A stretch of 64,000 nucleotides of DNA from an uncultured Clostridium sp. (GCA_964448835.1 CAYUXK010000004.1:409-64408); one strand, 5' to 3'; counted from the first letter of the stretch, positions 1-8,542 are shown. The notes: generated by a model not told the origin, from the sequence alone. A program made the numbers and translations.

Positions 1-603
1 GTTACCCGCCTTGAGGATGTCGGGGTTTTTCTGACTTCATATGATTTTGATGTTCCATCAAGCACCTTTGGGCGGATTGTCTTTGTTGTTCTTATCTCGG
101 TTGTGCCCGCGCTCACGGAGGAACTCGCCATAAGAGGCACGGTTATGCAGCCGCTTCGCAGGTACGGCGACACCTTCGCGATTATCGCTTCGTCCGCGGT
201 TTTCGCAATTATGCACGGCAACCTCGTTCAGGCGCCGTTCGCTTTTATCGCCGGCATCACAATAGGCTACGCGGTGTGTATCACGGGCACGCTGTGGACC
301 GGCATTGCTATCCATTTCCTAAATAACCTCTATTCTGTCGCCGTATCGTTTATGGTTGAGGACATTAAAAATGAGACGCTGCTGAATTTGATTTATATGC
401 TTTCGCTTTTCATCATTTACGCCGTGGGCTGCGTTTGCGCGGTGATGTTTTTCGCTACAAAAAAAGAAGCCCGTCTTCGCCCCTCGGTAACCTGCCTGAC
501 CGCGGGCAAAAAAGCCGCCGCCTTCATATTTACGCCGCCGATGATAATTGCCATAATAATTATGCTTTCTTACACGGCGGATTATGTCGAATTCAAGGGG
601 TAA
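1..603 (+). CDS. CPBP family intramembrane glutamic endopeptidase (CAAX protease-like), 5' end outside window
   Basis: Frame open from base 1; motifs EELAIRG, FAIMHGN and IHFLNN plus several hydrophobic segments. Confidence 0.85.
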   Translation, partial: VTRLEDVGVFLTSYDFDVPSSTFGRIVFVVLISVVPALTEELAIRGTVMQPLRRYGDTFAIIASSAVFAIMHGNLVQAPFAFIAGITIGYAVCITGTLWTGIAIHFLNNLYSVAVSFMVEDIKNETLLNLIYMLSLFIIYAVGCVCAVMFFATKKEARLRPSVTCLTAGKKAAAFIFTPPMIIAIIIMLSYTADYVEFKG

Positions 604-608
604 CGGCG

Positions 609-1064
609 ATGGAGGATAAAGATTTTATGCTTCTCGCGCTCGAGCAGGCGCGGCTGTCGGTCTCTCAGGGCGAGGTGCCCGTCGGAGCGGTCATAGCTCG
701 GCGCGGCGAGGTTGTTTCAACAGGCAGAAACCGCCGCGAAAACGATAAAAACGCCCTTGCCCACGCGGAGCTTGAGGCGATAGACAAGGCCTGCAAGGCC
801 CTTGGCGGCTGGCGGCTTTGGGAATGCGAGCTGTTCGTTACCCTTGAGCCCTGCCCGATGTGCGCGGGCGCGATAATCAACTCCCGAATTCGCCGCGTGG
901 TTTTCGGCGCGTATGACTCAAAAGCGGGCTCGTGCGGCACATTGGTTGACCTTTTCAGCCTGCCGTATAATCACCGCCCCGAGGTTGAAGGCGGATTTAT
1001 GCAGGAGGAGTGCGGCGAGGCTTTGAGTGAGTTTTTTTCAAATTTAAGAAAATCGCGGATATAA
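609..1064 (+). CDS. tadA: tRNA adenosine(34) deaminase
   Basis: MEDKDFMLLAL start at 609; HAE and TLEPCPMC Zn motifs; canonical position before SRP RNA-dnaX. Confidence 0.93.
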   Translation: MEDKDFMLLALEQARLSVSQGEVPVGAVIARRGEVVSTGRNRRENDKNALAHAELEAIDKACKALGGWRLWECELFVTLEPCPMCAGAIINSRIRRVVFGAYDSKAGSCGTLVDLFSLPYNHRPEVEGGFMQEECGEALSEFFSNLRKSRI

Positions 1065-1086
1065 CAAAATTTTTTGTAAAATCCCC

Positions 1087-1115
1087 TTGATATTACAGAT
1101 ATTTTATAATATAAT
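1087..1115 (+). promoter_or_regulatory. sigma-A promoter for SRP RNA
   Basis: TTGATA (1087-1092), 17 bp spacer, TATAAT (1110-1115). Confidence 0.75.
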
Positions 1116-1123
1116 ATATCGGT

Positions 1124-1280
1124 AAGGGACAGGGCTTTGATTTGGTCATGTGGCGTGCGGGTCCTGTGCGACAGGGCACCGTGAACCATGTCAGGCGGGG
1201 AACCGAGCAGCATTAAGCGGACAGTTTTGTGCGCCACAGTCTGCCTGCCGCCATATGACCAAGTTAACGCTTTGTTCCTT
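1124..1280 (+). ncRNA. ffs: Signal recognition particle RNA
   Basis: Conserved S-domain core GTGAACCATGTCAGG-CGG-GGAA-CCG-AGCAGCATTAAG; long rod closed by AAGGGACAGGGC/GCTTTGTTCCTT and TTGGTCATGTGGC/GCCATATGACCAA; lies between tadA and dnaX. Confidence 0.92.
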
Positions 1281-1332
1281 ATCTTTTTGTTTTTTTATAT
1301 TACCATTATTTTCTGAGTGGGGGGCAGACCGT

Positions 1333-2862
1333 ATGTACCAGGCGCTATACCGCAAATGGCGTCCCGAGGATTTCGACAGCGTATCCGGTCAGCCGCAGGT
1401 AACCTCCACTTTAAAGAACGAGCTGATGCTCGGCAGGCTCTCGCACGCCTATCTTTTCAGTGGCTCGAGGGGCACGGGCAAAACCAGCTGCGCTAAAATT
1501 CTGGCAAAGGCGGTTAACTGCCTTAATTTAAAAGACGGCAACCCCTGCAACGAATGTGAAAGCTGCCGAGGCATAACTAACGGCTCTATTTTAGACGTGC
1601 TTGAAATCGACGCGGCAAGCAACAACGGCGTTGATTATATCCGCGATTTGCGCGAGGAGGTCAATTATACCCCCGTCTCGGTAAAATACCGAGTCTATAT
1701 TATTGACGAGGTTCATATGCTCTCGTCGGGCGCGTTTAACGCCCTGCTCAAAACTCTTGAGGAGCCGCCTAAGCACGTTATTTTTATTCTTGCCACAACA
1801 GAGGTTTATAAGCTGCCGGCCACGGTGCTTTCGCGTTGCCAGCGGTTTGATTTTAAGCGCATTTCCCCCGAAGAAATAGCTTCGCGTCTGCTCTATGTCG
1901 CTGAGCAGGAGGGTGTTTCGATTGAGAGAGACGCCGCGTTGCTCATCGCTCAAATTGCTGACGGCGGTATGCGTGACGCCCTTTCGCTGCTTGACCTCTG
2001 CCTTGTCAGGAACTCCGATGTCACCGTTGACAGCGTTCGCTCCGCCGCCGGAATTGCCGGAACGGAGCATCTTTTTGAGTTCTCGCAGTATATCGCCAAA
2101 AGCGATTTTACCGCTGCTCTTTCTCTAGTTACAAGGCTTCATAACGAGGTTTGCGACGCCGAGAGCCTTTGTGCCGAGCTTACGCAGCACTTTCGTAATC
2201 TTATGGTCGCCAAAACCGTTCCGAACTGCGCCGGGCTGATTATATGCACTCCAAAAGAGCTATCACAGCTCAAGGAGCGTTGCACCGAAATGAAGCTTTC
2301 AAAAATTCTTGACTGCCTTGATGTGCTTGAGCAGGCGTCAAAGGATATGAAGGGCGCAATTAATAAAAAAATCAAGCTTGAGTCCGCCGTTGTGCGTATG
2401 TGCGCTCTTTCGTCCGCTCCCGGCGCCGAGGCGGCTCCCGTTGCCGAGCCCGTCTTGCGGGCGGCTGAGCCTGCTCCTGACGACTCCAAGGCAAAGGTGC
2501 CTGTTCCTGCCCCTGCCGCTCCTTCAGCCGAAAACGCGGCTGCTTTGACCTTTGCGGACGGCGTTTTTGACCGCTGGCCCGAGGTTATTGAAGCGCTTAA
2601 GAAGTATGATATGCCTCTTGTTGGCATTCTGTCAGGCTCGAGCGCCAACTTTGTTAACGGCGGATTACAGATTGTTTCGGATAACCCGACCCTTTACGAT
2701 TTTATCCGCACAGATACCCATGCCTCCGATTTAAAGCGCAGCGTAACCGATGTTTTGGGCGTAAGCGTCAAAATGAGCGTCAAAAAAAATACACCGACAG
2801 AAGCAGTAAAAAATCCGCTTGCGGATATTAAATCAAAGATAAATAATTTCAACAATAATTGA
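1333..2862 (+). CDS. dnaX: DNA polymerase III subunit gamma/tau
   Basis: MYQALYRKWRP start; Walker A GSRGTGKT, Zn cluster, DEVHMLS, SRC motif. Confidence 0.97.
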   Translation: MYQALYRKWRPEDFDSVSGQPQVTSTLKNELMLGRLSHAYLFSGSRGTGKTSCAKILAKAVNCLNLKDGNPCNECESCRGITNGSILDVLEIDAASNNGVDYIRDLREEVNYTPVSVKYRVYIIDEVHMLSSGAFNALLKTLEEPPKHVIFILATTEVYKLPATVLSRCQRFDFKRISPEEIASRLLYVAEQEGVSIERDAALLIAQIADGGMRDALSLLDLCLVRNSDVTVDSVRSAAGIAGTEHLFEFSQYIAKSDFTAALSLVTRLHNEVCDAESLCAELTQHFRNLMVAKTVPNCAGLIICTPKELSQLKERCTEMKLSKILDCLDVLEQASKDMKGAINKKIKLESAVVRMCALSSAPGAEAAPVAEPVLRAAEPAPDDSKAKVPVPAPAAPSAENAAALTFADGVFDRWPEVIEALKKYDMPLVGILSGSSANFVNGGLQIVSDNPTLYDFIRTDTHASDLKRSVTDVLGVSVKMSVKKNTPTEAVKNPLADIKSKINNFNNN

Positions 2863-2878
2863 GGAAGGATGTTTTAAT

Positions 2879-3208
2879 ATGAAAGCAAGAATCCCGGGCG
2901 CAGACCAAAACAATATGATGAAACAAATTCAGGATATGCAGGATAATATGGCCCGCATACAGGCAGAGGTTGAGGCAACGGAGTTTTCTTCAAGCGTTGG
3001 CGGCGGAACTGTTGAGATTACCGTTAACGGCGCCCACGAGGTTACGGCCATTAAGCTTAAACCCGAGGTTGTTGACCCCGAGGATGTTGAAATGCTTGAG
3101 GATTTGATTATGTCCGCCTTTAACGAGAGCCTTCGCAAGGCTGACGAAGCAATGAAGAGCGGCCTTGAGCAGGCAAAGGGCGGGCTTTCAGTGCCCGGGC
3201 TGTTTTAA
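2879..3208 (+). CDS. ybaB: YbaB/EbfC nucleoid-associated protein
   Basis: VDPEDVEMLEDLI motif; between dnaX and recR; GAGGAAGG RBS. Confidence 0.93.
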   Translation: MKARIPGADQNNMMKQIQDMQDNMARIQAEVEATEFSSSVGGGTVEITVNGAHEVTAIKLKPEVVDPEDVEMLEDLIMSAFNESLRKADEAMKSGLEQAKGGLSVPGLF

Positions 3209-3808
3209 TTGGCGGGCTTTGCCTCACCGCTCGAGCAGCTCATAGAGCAGCTGGCGCGTTTACCCTCCGTGGGGCGCAAAAGCGCTCAGCGGCTTGCTTT
3301 TTATCTGCTTTCACTGAGCGAAAACGACGCGGAGGCCTTTATACAGTCTATCCTTGACGCGCGCAACAAAATCCGCCGCTGCGCGGATTGCTGCGATTTA
3401 ACAGATAAGGAGCAATGCCCGATTTGCTCAAGCCCCTCGCGTGACCGCAGTGTCATATGCGTGGTTGAGAACCCGAAGGATGTTATCGCCATTGAGCGAA
3501 CCCATGAATATAACGGCCTTTACCATGTGCTTCACGGGGTTATTTCGCCGATGAATAATATAGGCATTGAGGATTTATGCATAAAGGAGCTTATCAACCG
3601 CCTGGCCGATGACCGTATTAAAGAGGTTATCATGGCAACCAACCCCACGGTTGAGGGCGAAGCGACCGCGATGTATATCTCACGCCTTATTAAACCGATA
3701 GGTGTTTCGGTCAGCCGGCTTGCTTACGGTATTCCGGTTGGCGCCGAGCTTGAATATGCCGATGAATACACACTTATCCGAGCCATTGAGGGAAGAAATC
3801 AGCTTTAA
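3209..3808 (+). CDS. recR: Recombination mediator RecR
   Basis: LPSVGRKSAQRLA HhH, C4 Zn finger, Toprim ATNPTVEGE; TTG start. Confidence 0.97.
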   Translation: MAGFASPLEQLIEQLARLPSVGRKSAQRLAFYLLSLSENDAEAFIQSILDARNKIRRCADCCDLTDKEQCPICSSPSRDRSVICVVENPKDVIAIERTHEYNGLYHVLHGVISPMNNIGIEDLCIKELINRLADDRIKEVIMATNPTVEGEATAMYISRLIKPIGVSVSRLAYGIPVGAELEYADEYTLIRAIEGRNQL

Positions 3809-3821
3809 AAATGAGCTTAAT

Positions 3822-4020
3822 ATATCCACACTTTTTTAAACATTCAACAGCTCTTTTTTAACAGTTTTAACATTGCACTTTTTTGGTTTGTTAAGTATTT
3901 CATTTTTTTTAACAGCTTCTCGATTTTTAATAAAACCGGTTTTCCCATATATTTCAAGCAATGGGGGAGTTTTCCATAATTTTAACAGCCCCTACTTCTA
4001 CTACTGTTTAATATTACCTA
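3822..4020. other. Putative replication origin unwinding region: DnaA-box-like repeats, GC clamp, DnaA-trios, AT-rich tract
   Basis: ATATCCACA 3822-3830; TTTTCCATA 3970-3978 and ATTTTAACA 3979-3987 followed by GCCC, CTA-CTT-CTA-CTA-CTG (3992-4006) and TTTAATATT, directly upstream of dnaN. Confidence 0.7.
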
Positions 4021-4050
4021 TTCAAACACTTAACCAAAGGAGAAAAAGAT

Positions 4051-5160
4051 ATGAAGGTTGTTTGCAATACCACCGCCTTGTCGGAGGCATGTCAAAATGT
4101 TCAGAGAGCTGCCTCAACTAAGACGGCAATACCCGCTATTGAGGGTATTTTGCTTGTTTCTTCAAACGGAGCGCTTAATTTAACGGGCTATGACCTTGAG
4201 ATGGGCATAACCACCTCTATCCCCGCGAGGGTTGAGGAGGAGGGCTCAATAGTTCTCAACGCCCATATGCTAAGTGACATTATCCGTAAGCTCCCCGGCG
4301 AGGTTGTTACATTAGACAGCGACCAGCGTCAGATTGCCTCAATCAAATGCGGCGACGCAGAATTTTCGCTCATAGGTATCGCGCCCGAGGAATATCCCGA
4401 GCTGCCTTCGGTTATGGGCGGATATCCAGTGACAATTGACCAGAATATTCTTAAGGATATGGTCAGAAAAACAATTTTCTCCGTTGCGGTTAAGGATAAT
4501 AAAGCAGTTCATACGGGCGTTAAGTTTGAGCTTGAGGAGAATCATATTCGTCTTATCGCTGTTGACGGTGTAAGACTTGCAATCAGAAACGAGACTGTCA
4601 GCTACTCCGGCGAGGAGCTTTCATTCGTTGTTCCGGCTAAAACGCTCTCCGAGGTTATTAAGCTCATGGGCGATGAGGAAGAGGACATTTCGATCGGTGT
4701 CGGCAAACGCCATATCATTTTTGAGGTTAAGGATTACAGGATTATTTCGCGCCTTCTTGACGGCGATTTTCTTAATTACAAGGCTGCCATCCCTTCAAGC
4801 ACAAAGACCGTTATTTCAGTCAATACCCGCAGCTTCATTGACAGCATTGAAAGAACCTCATTAATTATTACCGATAAGCTCAAAAGCCCGGTAAAATGCG
4901 TTTTTGATAACAATCTTATCAGCATTTCGAGCATAACCTCTCTGGGCACGGCGAGCGACAGAATTCCCGCGGCGGTTAACGGCGAGGGCTGCACGGTGGG
5001 ATTTAACAACAAATATATGATTGAAGCTCTCAGGGTTTGCGATACCGACGAGGTTAAAATCATGCTTAACGGCGCGATTTCGCCTATTTTGATTGTTCCG
5101 CCCGTTGACGACGCTTTCATTTTCCTGATTCTTCCCGTGAGGCTTAAGAATGAAGATTAA
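4051..5160 (+). CDS. dnaN: DNA polymerase III beta clamp
   Basis: GYDLEMGI, AVDGVRLA, RLLDGDFLNY and terminal LILPVRL motifs; AAAGGAG RBS. Confidence 0.97.
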   Translation: MKVVCNTTALSEACQNVQRAASTKTAIPAIEGILLVSSNGALNLTGYDLEMGITTSIPARVEEEGSIVLNAHMLSDIIRKLPGEVVTLDSDQRQIASIKCGDAEFSLIGIAPEEYPELPSVMGGYPVTIDQNILKDMVRKTIFSVAVKDNKAVHTGVKFELEENHIRLIAVDGVRLAIRNETVSYSGEELSFVVPAKTLSEVIKLMGDEEEDISIGVGKRHIIFEVKDYRIISRLLDGDFLNYKAAIPSSTKTVISVNTRSFIDSIERTSLIITDKLKSPVKCVFDNNLISISSITSLGTASDRIPAAVNGEGCTVGFNNKYMIEALRVCDTDEVKIMLNGAISPILIVPPVDDAFIFLILPVRLKNED

Positions 5161-5389
5161 TGTTAAGGTCGCCAAAAAACCCGAAATAACAAAGCATATA
5201 GATACGGATTTTATCCGCCTTGACGCTTTTCTCAAGATGTGTGACGCTGTTCAGACAGGCGGGCACGCCAAGATTGTTATTCAGGACGGCGAGGTTCACG
5301 TTAACGGTGAAGTATGCCGCCAGCGCGGCAAAAAACTGCATAAGGGCGATAAGGCCGAATTCAACAATACTATTTATACAGTAGGCTGA
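5150..5389 (+). CDS. yaaA: S4-domain RNA-binding protein YaaA
   Basis: IRLDAFLK...TGGHAK...QRGKKL; between dnaN and recF. Confidence 0.9.
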   Translation: MKINVKVAKKPEITKHIDTDFIRLDAFLKMCDAVQTGGHAKIVIQDGEVHVNGEVCRQRGKKLHKGDKAEFNNTIYTVG

Positions 5390-5390
5390 T

Positions 5391-6488
5391 ATGAGAATAA
5401 TCAGACATTCCGCGGATAAGTTCCGCAACCTGTCCGGCCTGAGCTTTGAGCCTGACGAAGAAATGAACATCATCTACGGCGAGAATGGGCAGGGCAAAAC
5501 AAATATAATAGAAAGCATGTGGCTTTTCACGGGCTGTTACAGCTTCCGCACGCGTAAAAACGCTCAGCTCATTATGGATAATGAGAAGGAAGCAACGGCA
5601 AGTGTTGATTTTTATGCTGACGGCAGAGAACAAAACGCAGTTATGAAAATCAACCAGCGCAAAGAGGTCACGCTAAACGGCATAAAAAGCGAGTCACCGC
5701 GCGTGATGCTCGGCAGGTTTTATGCCGTTGTTTTTTCGCCGAATTTACTGTCAATTGTTCAGGACGGCCCGGGCGAGCGCCGAAAGCTGATGGATGTCGC
5801 GATAAGCCTTATTAAACCGAATTATGCCGTTCTCACCGCGCGTTACCTTCGCGCCGTTGAGCAGCGAAACGCGCTTTTACGCCAAATGGTTGAGTCCCCG
5901 CGCCCCGCGGAGCTTGAGCCGTGGGATGAGGAAATTGTCAAGCTCGGCTCGCGCATTGTTGATTACAGACTTGATTACATTGACCGCCTGAGAACCATCG
6001 CGGGCGAAATCTACGGCGGGATAAGCGCCGGGCGCGAAGAATTTCTTATGGATTATGATTTTTATCGCTCGGGCGAAAAACCCTCGCTTGAAGCAATCGC
6101 GGAAAAGCTTCGCTCGGAGCTTGAAAAAAACCGCGAGAGCGATATTCGCCGCCAATACACAAGCGCCGGACCGCACGCTCACGATTTAATTCTGACTCTT
6201 AACGGGCGCGACGCGAGAGTTTTCGGCTCACAGGGGCAGCAGCGCTCCGCTTCTCTTGCAATGAAGCTTGGCGAGGCGGCTATAATAAAGGAGCTTTGCG
6301 GTGAGGAGCCTGTGGTTCTGCTAGATGATGTTATGAGCGAGCTTGACGAGGGAAGACAGGGCTTTATACTCAATTATTTAACCGATTGGCAGGTTTTTAT
6401 CACCTGCTGCGACCCTTCGCAGCTGCTGCGCTCAAAAAAAGGCAAGGCGTTTGAGGTAAAAAGCGGAAAAATCGAGGAAATATCGTAA
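5391..6488 (+). CDS. recF: DNA replication/repair protein RecF
   Basis: GENGQGKTN Walker A, GSQGQQRS, LLDDVMSELD. Confidence 0.97.
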   Translation: MRIIRHSADKFRNLSGLSFEPDEEMNIIYGENGQGKTNIIESMWLFTGCYSFRTRKNAQLIMDNEKEATASVDFYADGREQNAVMKINQRKEVTLNGIKSESPRVMLGRFYAVVFSPNLLSIVQDGPGERRKLMDVAISLIKPNYAVLTARYLRAVEQRNALLRQMVESPRPAELEPWDEEIVKLGSRIVDYRLDYIDRLRTIAGEIYGGISAGREEFLMDYDFYRSGEKPSLEAIAEKLRSELEKNRESDIRRQYTSAGPHAHDLILTLNGRDARVFGSQGQQRSASLAMKLGEAAIIKELCGEEPVVLLDDVMSELDEGRQGFILNYLTDWQVFITCCDPSQLLRSKKGKAFEVKSGKIEEIS

Positions 6489-6579
6489 TATCTGCATTAT
6501 TTTGTTTGTGTTGCAGAGAACGGTTATGACATTTCCGCAAGTATTCATCGATTGGTTATAATCCGGATGATTTATTATT

Positions 6580-6605
6580 GGGTCGTCGAGGACGCCGACC
6601 CCTAC
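6580..6605 (-). repeat. GTAG-type REP-like hairpin (single copy seen)
   Basis: Minus strand reads GTAG-GGGTCG-G-CG-TCCT-CG-A-CGACCC, i.e. GTAG followed by an imperfect palindrome. Confidence 0.55.
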
Positions 6606-6655
6606 AAAAAAATGTAATCCTTTTGTATCATTAATTCACATCAAAGGAGAATAAA

Positions 6656-6928
6656 ATGTATCTCCACCTGGGACTTGACAAGGTTATCACCTTTGACGAC
6701 ATTCTCGGCATTTTTGATTTGGATACCTCCACGGTGTCCAAAAATACGAGGGATTACCTCGCGCGCGCCCAAACGGCAGGCGAGGTTGAAAACGTTTGCA
6801 AGGATTTGCCGAAGTCTTTTATTGTTTGCCTTGACGGCAAGGGCAAAAGGAAAATATATATTTCGCAGATTTCCTCCTCAACCCTGCTAAAAAGAACGGG
6901 GTATGTTGACAGCCTGACCAATGTATAA
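6656..6928 (+). CDS. remB: DUF370/RemB family protein
   Basis: MYLHLG...DILGIFDLD, PKSFIV, YISQISSSTLLKR; follows recF. Confidence 0.88.
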   Translation: MYLHLGLDKVITFDDILGIFDLDTSTVSKNTRDYLARAQTAGEVENVCKDLPKSFIVCLDGKGKRKIYISQISSSTLLKRTGYVDSLTNV

Positions 6929-6964
6929 TGTATATTATATAGTTTAATCTCTTAAAATATAAAG

Positions 6965-6996
6965 AAAAACAGCCCCCCTATTGGGAGGCTGTTTTT
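6965..6996. terminator. Bidirectional intrinsic terminator between remB and 5S rRNA
   Basis: AAAAACAGCCCCC...GGGAGGCTGTTTTT with A and T tails between convergent genes. Confidence 0.85.
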
Positions 6997-7002
6997 ATAA
7001 AT

Positions 7003-7118
7003 GTTGGCACCGACCTATCTTCCCGGGACGCTGCCGTCCAAGTATTTTCGGCACGATTGAGCTTAACTACCGTGTTCGGGATGGGAACGGGTGGACCCTC
7101 AACGTAATCAACACCAAC
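7003..7118 (-). rRNA. rrf: 5S ribosomal RNA (stand-alone)
   Basis: Reverse complement contains CCCGTTCCCATCCCGAACACGGTAGTTAAGC and AAGATAGGTCGGTGCCAAC; 116 nt with paired GTTGG/CCAAC ends. Confidence 0.97.
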
Positions 7119-7153
7119 TAAAAAACGCATCGGCGTTTTTTGAATGCCTGATG

Positions 7154-7182
7154 ATTATATAACGGCAAAGCCCTTTTGTCAA
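7154..7182 (-). promoter_or_regulatory. Consensus sigma-A promoter for the 5S rRNA gene
   Basis: Minus strand TTGACA (7177-7182), 17 bp, TATAAT (7154-7159). Confidence 0.9.
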
Positions 7183-7200
7183 GAGCTTTTTTAAAAAATG

Positions 7201-7701
7201 TTAAATTTTTTTAAATACCTTCAAAATTTCGCCGATATACATCTTGTGATAATCGCCTGAAGAATAATTATCCTCGATTGATATGTCGGCAAAGCCCTTC
7301 GGGTCAAAAAACTGTGAGGCAAGCTTCTTGCAAAGCAGAGTATACTCCGCCTGCTCAAAGGCAACAGAGCCCTGCTCAAATAGCGGCGTTAAGCCCGTGA
7401 GCGCGGCCTTATCGCAATCCCTGCCGCTATGCGAGCCGCAGAATTTTAATATATCCTTATGCTCGGGTGCGAAAAAACTGACCGTGAAAAGCTCCTCACG
7501 CTCGAAAAAGCCGAAGGTGTGGCGCTGCGGGCGGACGAAAACAAAAGCCGCGTCCTTGCCCCAGATTTCGCCTATCGCGCCCCAGCTGACGGTCATGGTG
7601 TTCCAGCTTTGCTCGTTTCCTGCGGCGATAAGGCCCCAATCGTCGCCAATGAGCTTAACCGGGCTTTCTTTAATATCTCTGATGTTGATTTCTTTAAGCA
7701 T
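7201..7701 (-). CDS. Flavin reductase family protein
   Basis: WNTMTVSWG, VFVRPQRHT, SGRDCDK, terminal DYHKMYIGEI; GGAGG RBS before ATG at 7701. Confidence 0.85.
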   Translation of the reverse strand: MLKEINIRDIKESPVKLIGDDWGLIAAGNEQSWNTMTVSWGAIGEIWGKDAAFVFVRPQRHTFGFFEREELFTVSFFAPEHKDILKFCGSHSGRDCDKAALTGLTPLFEQGSVAFEQAEYTLLCKKLASQFFDPKGFADISIEDNYSSGDYHKMYIGEILKVFKKI

Positions 7702-7859
7702 TAAGACTGACCTCCAAATAAAAATATGCGGTTGTTGTGAATTTTCTTTAAAATTACAGCAAAATATTATCAAGGAAAAATATATGCGGTTATTTGTTGT
7801 ATTATTATATCACAACGAGAAAATAATGCAATATTTATTTGCAGGCGGGAGCTGTAAAA

Positions 7860-8537
7860 ATGGCAGACCAGAAAACACCTGAAATCAAAGGACTTCTCAG
7901 AGATTTTATGATAAAAGTACCCCAGGAGATTTATACCTGCTCGGGAATAAAAATCTTGGGCAGGCGGATTAAATCCCTGTTATTTTCAACAGATGTGAGC
8001 ATTATCAGAAACACAAACGCCGATGCGATAATTGCAGTGTATCCCTTCACGCCGCAGCCTGTTATCACTCAGGCAGTTATGGCGGCGGCGGATGTGCCTG
8101 TCTTTGTCGGTGTAGGCGGCGGGCTTACACAGGGCACGCGGGTGGTGAACCTCGCGCTTCACGCCGAATTTCAGGGCGCGATCGGCGTGGTTGTTAACGC
8201 GCCGACATCAAACGAAGTAATCCGCGAGCTTGCTCGAACGATTGATTTACCGATTGTTGTTACTGTTGTATCAAAAGATGAGAACATAGCCGCGCGTCTT
8301 GACGCGGGGGCTTCGATTCTAAATGTATCCGCGGCGGCACTGACGCCCGAATGTGTGCGTGCAATAAAGCAAAGCTATCCCGATGTTCCGATTATCGCAA
8401 CGGGCGGACCGACGGGCGAAACAATTCTTGAAACCATAGCCGCGGGTGCGAACGCGATAACCTGGACTCCGCCCTCAAACGGCGAGGTCTTTAAGAAAAT
8501 TATGGACAATTACCGAAAGGGCCTGCCCCACCCGTGA
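7860..8537 (+). CDS. Uncharacterised TIM-barrel protein
   Basis: Alternating beta/alpha pattern; VGVGGG, IIATGGP and GANAIT segments resemble phosphate-binding barrels; no specific function assignable. Confidence 0.55.
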   Translation: MADQKTPEIKGLLRDFMIKVPQEIYTCSGIKILGRRIKSLLFSTDVSIIRNTNADAIIAVYPFTPQPVITQAVMAAADVPVFVGVGGGLTQGTRVVNLALHAEFQGAIGVVVNAPTSNEVIRELARTIDLPIVVTVVSKDENIAARLDAGASILNVSAAALTPECVRAIKQSYPDVPIIATGGPTGETILETIAAGANAITWTPPSNGEVFKKIMDNYRKGLPHP

Positions 8538-8542
8538 TAAAA

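Noticed and set aside
435-608. Longer start for tadA
   Set aside because: It overlaps the CPBP gene in another frame; homology begins at Met 609
1150-1332. N-terminal extension of dnaX in the ORF track
   Set aside because: It overlaps the SRP RNA; the conserved DnaX start MYQALYRKWRP is at 1333
2782-2789. A8 run in dnaX as a gamma/tau frameshift or slippage site
   Set aside because: Only ~25 codons from the stop, far from the domain III boundary, with no evident stimulatory hairpin
3834-3988. Short repeats as a CRISPR array
   Set aside because: Units are 9 bp, irregularly spaced, with no cas genes; no CRISPR array was seen anywhere in the window
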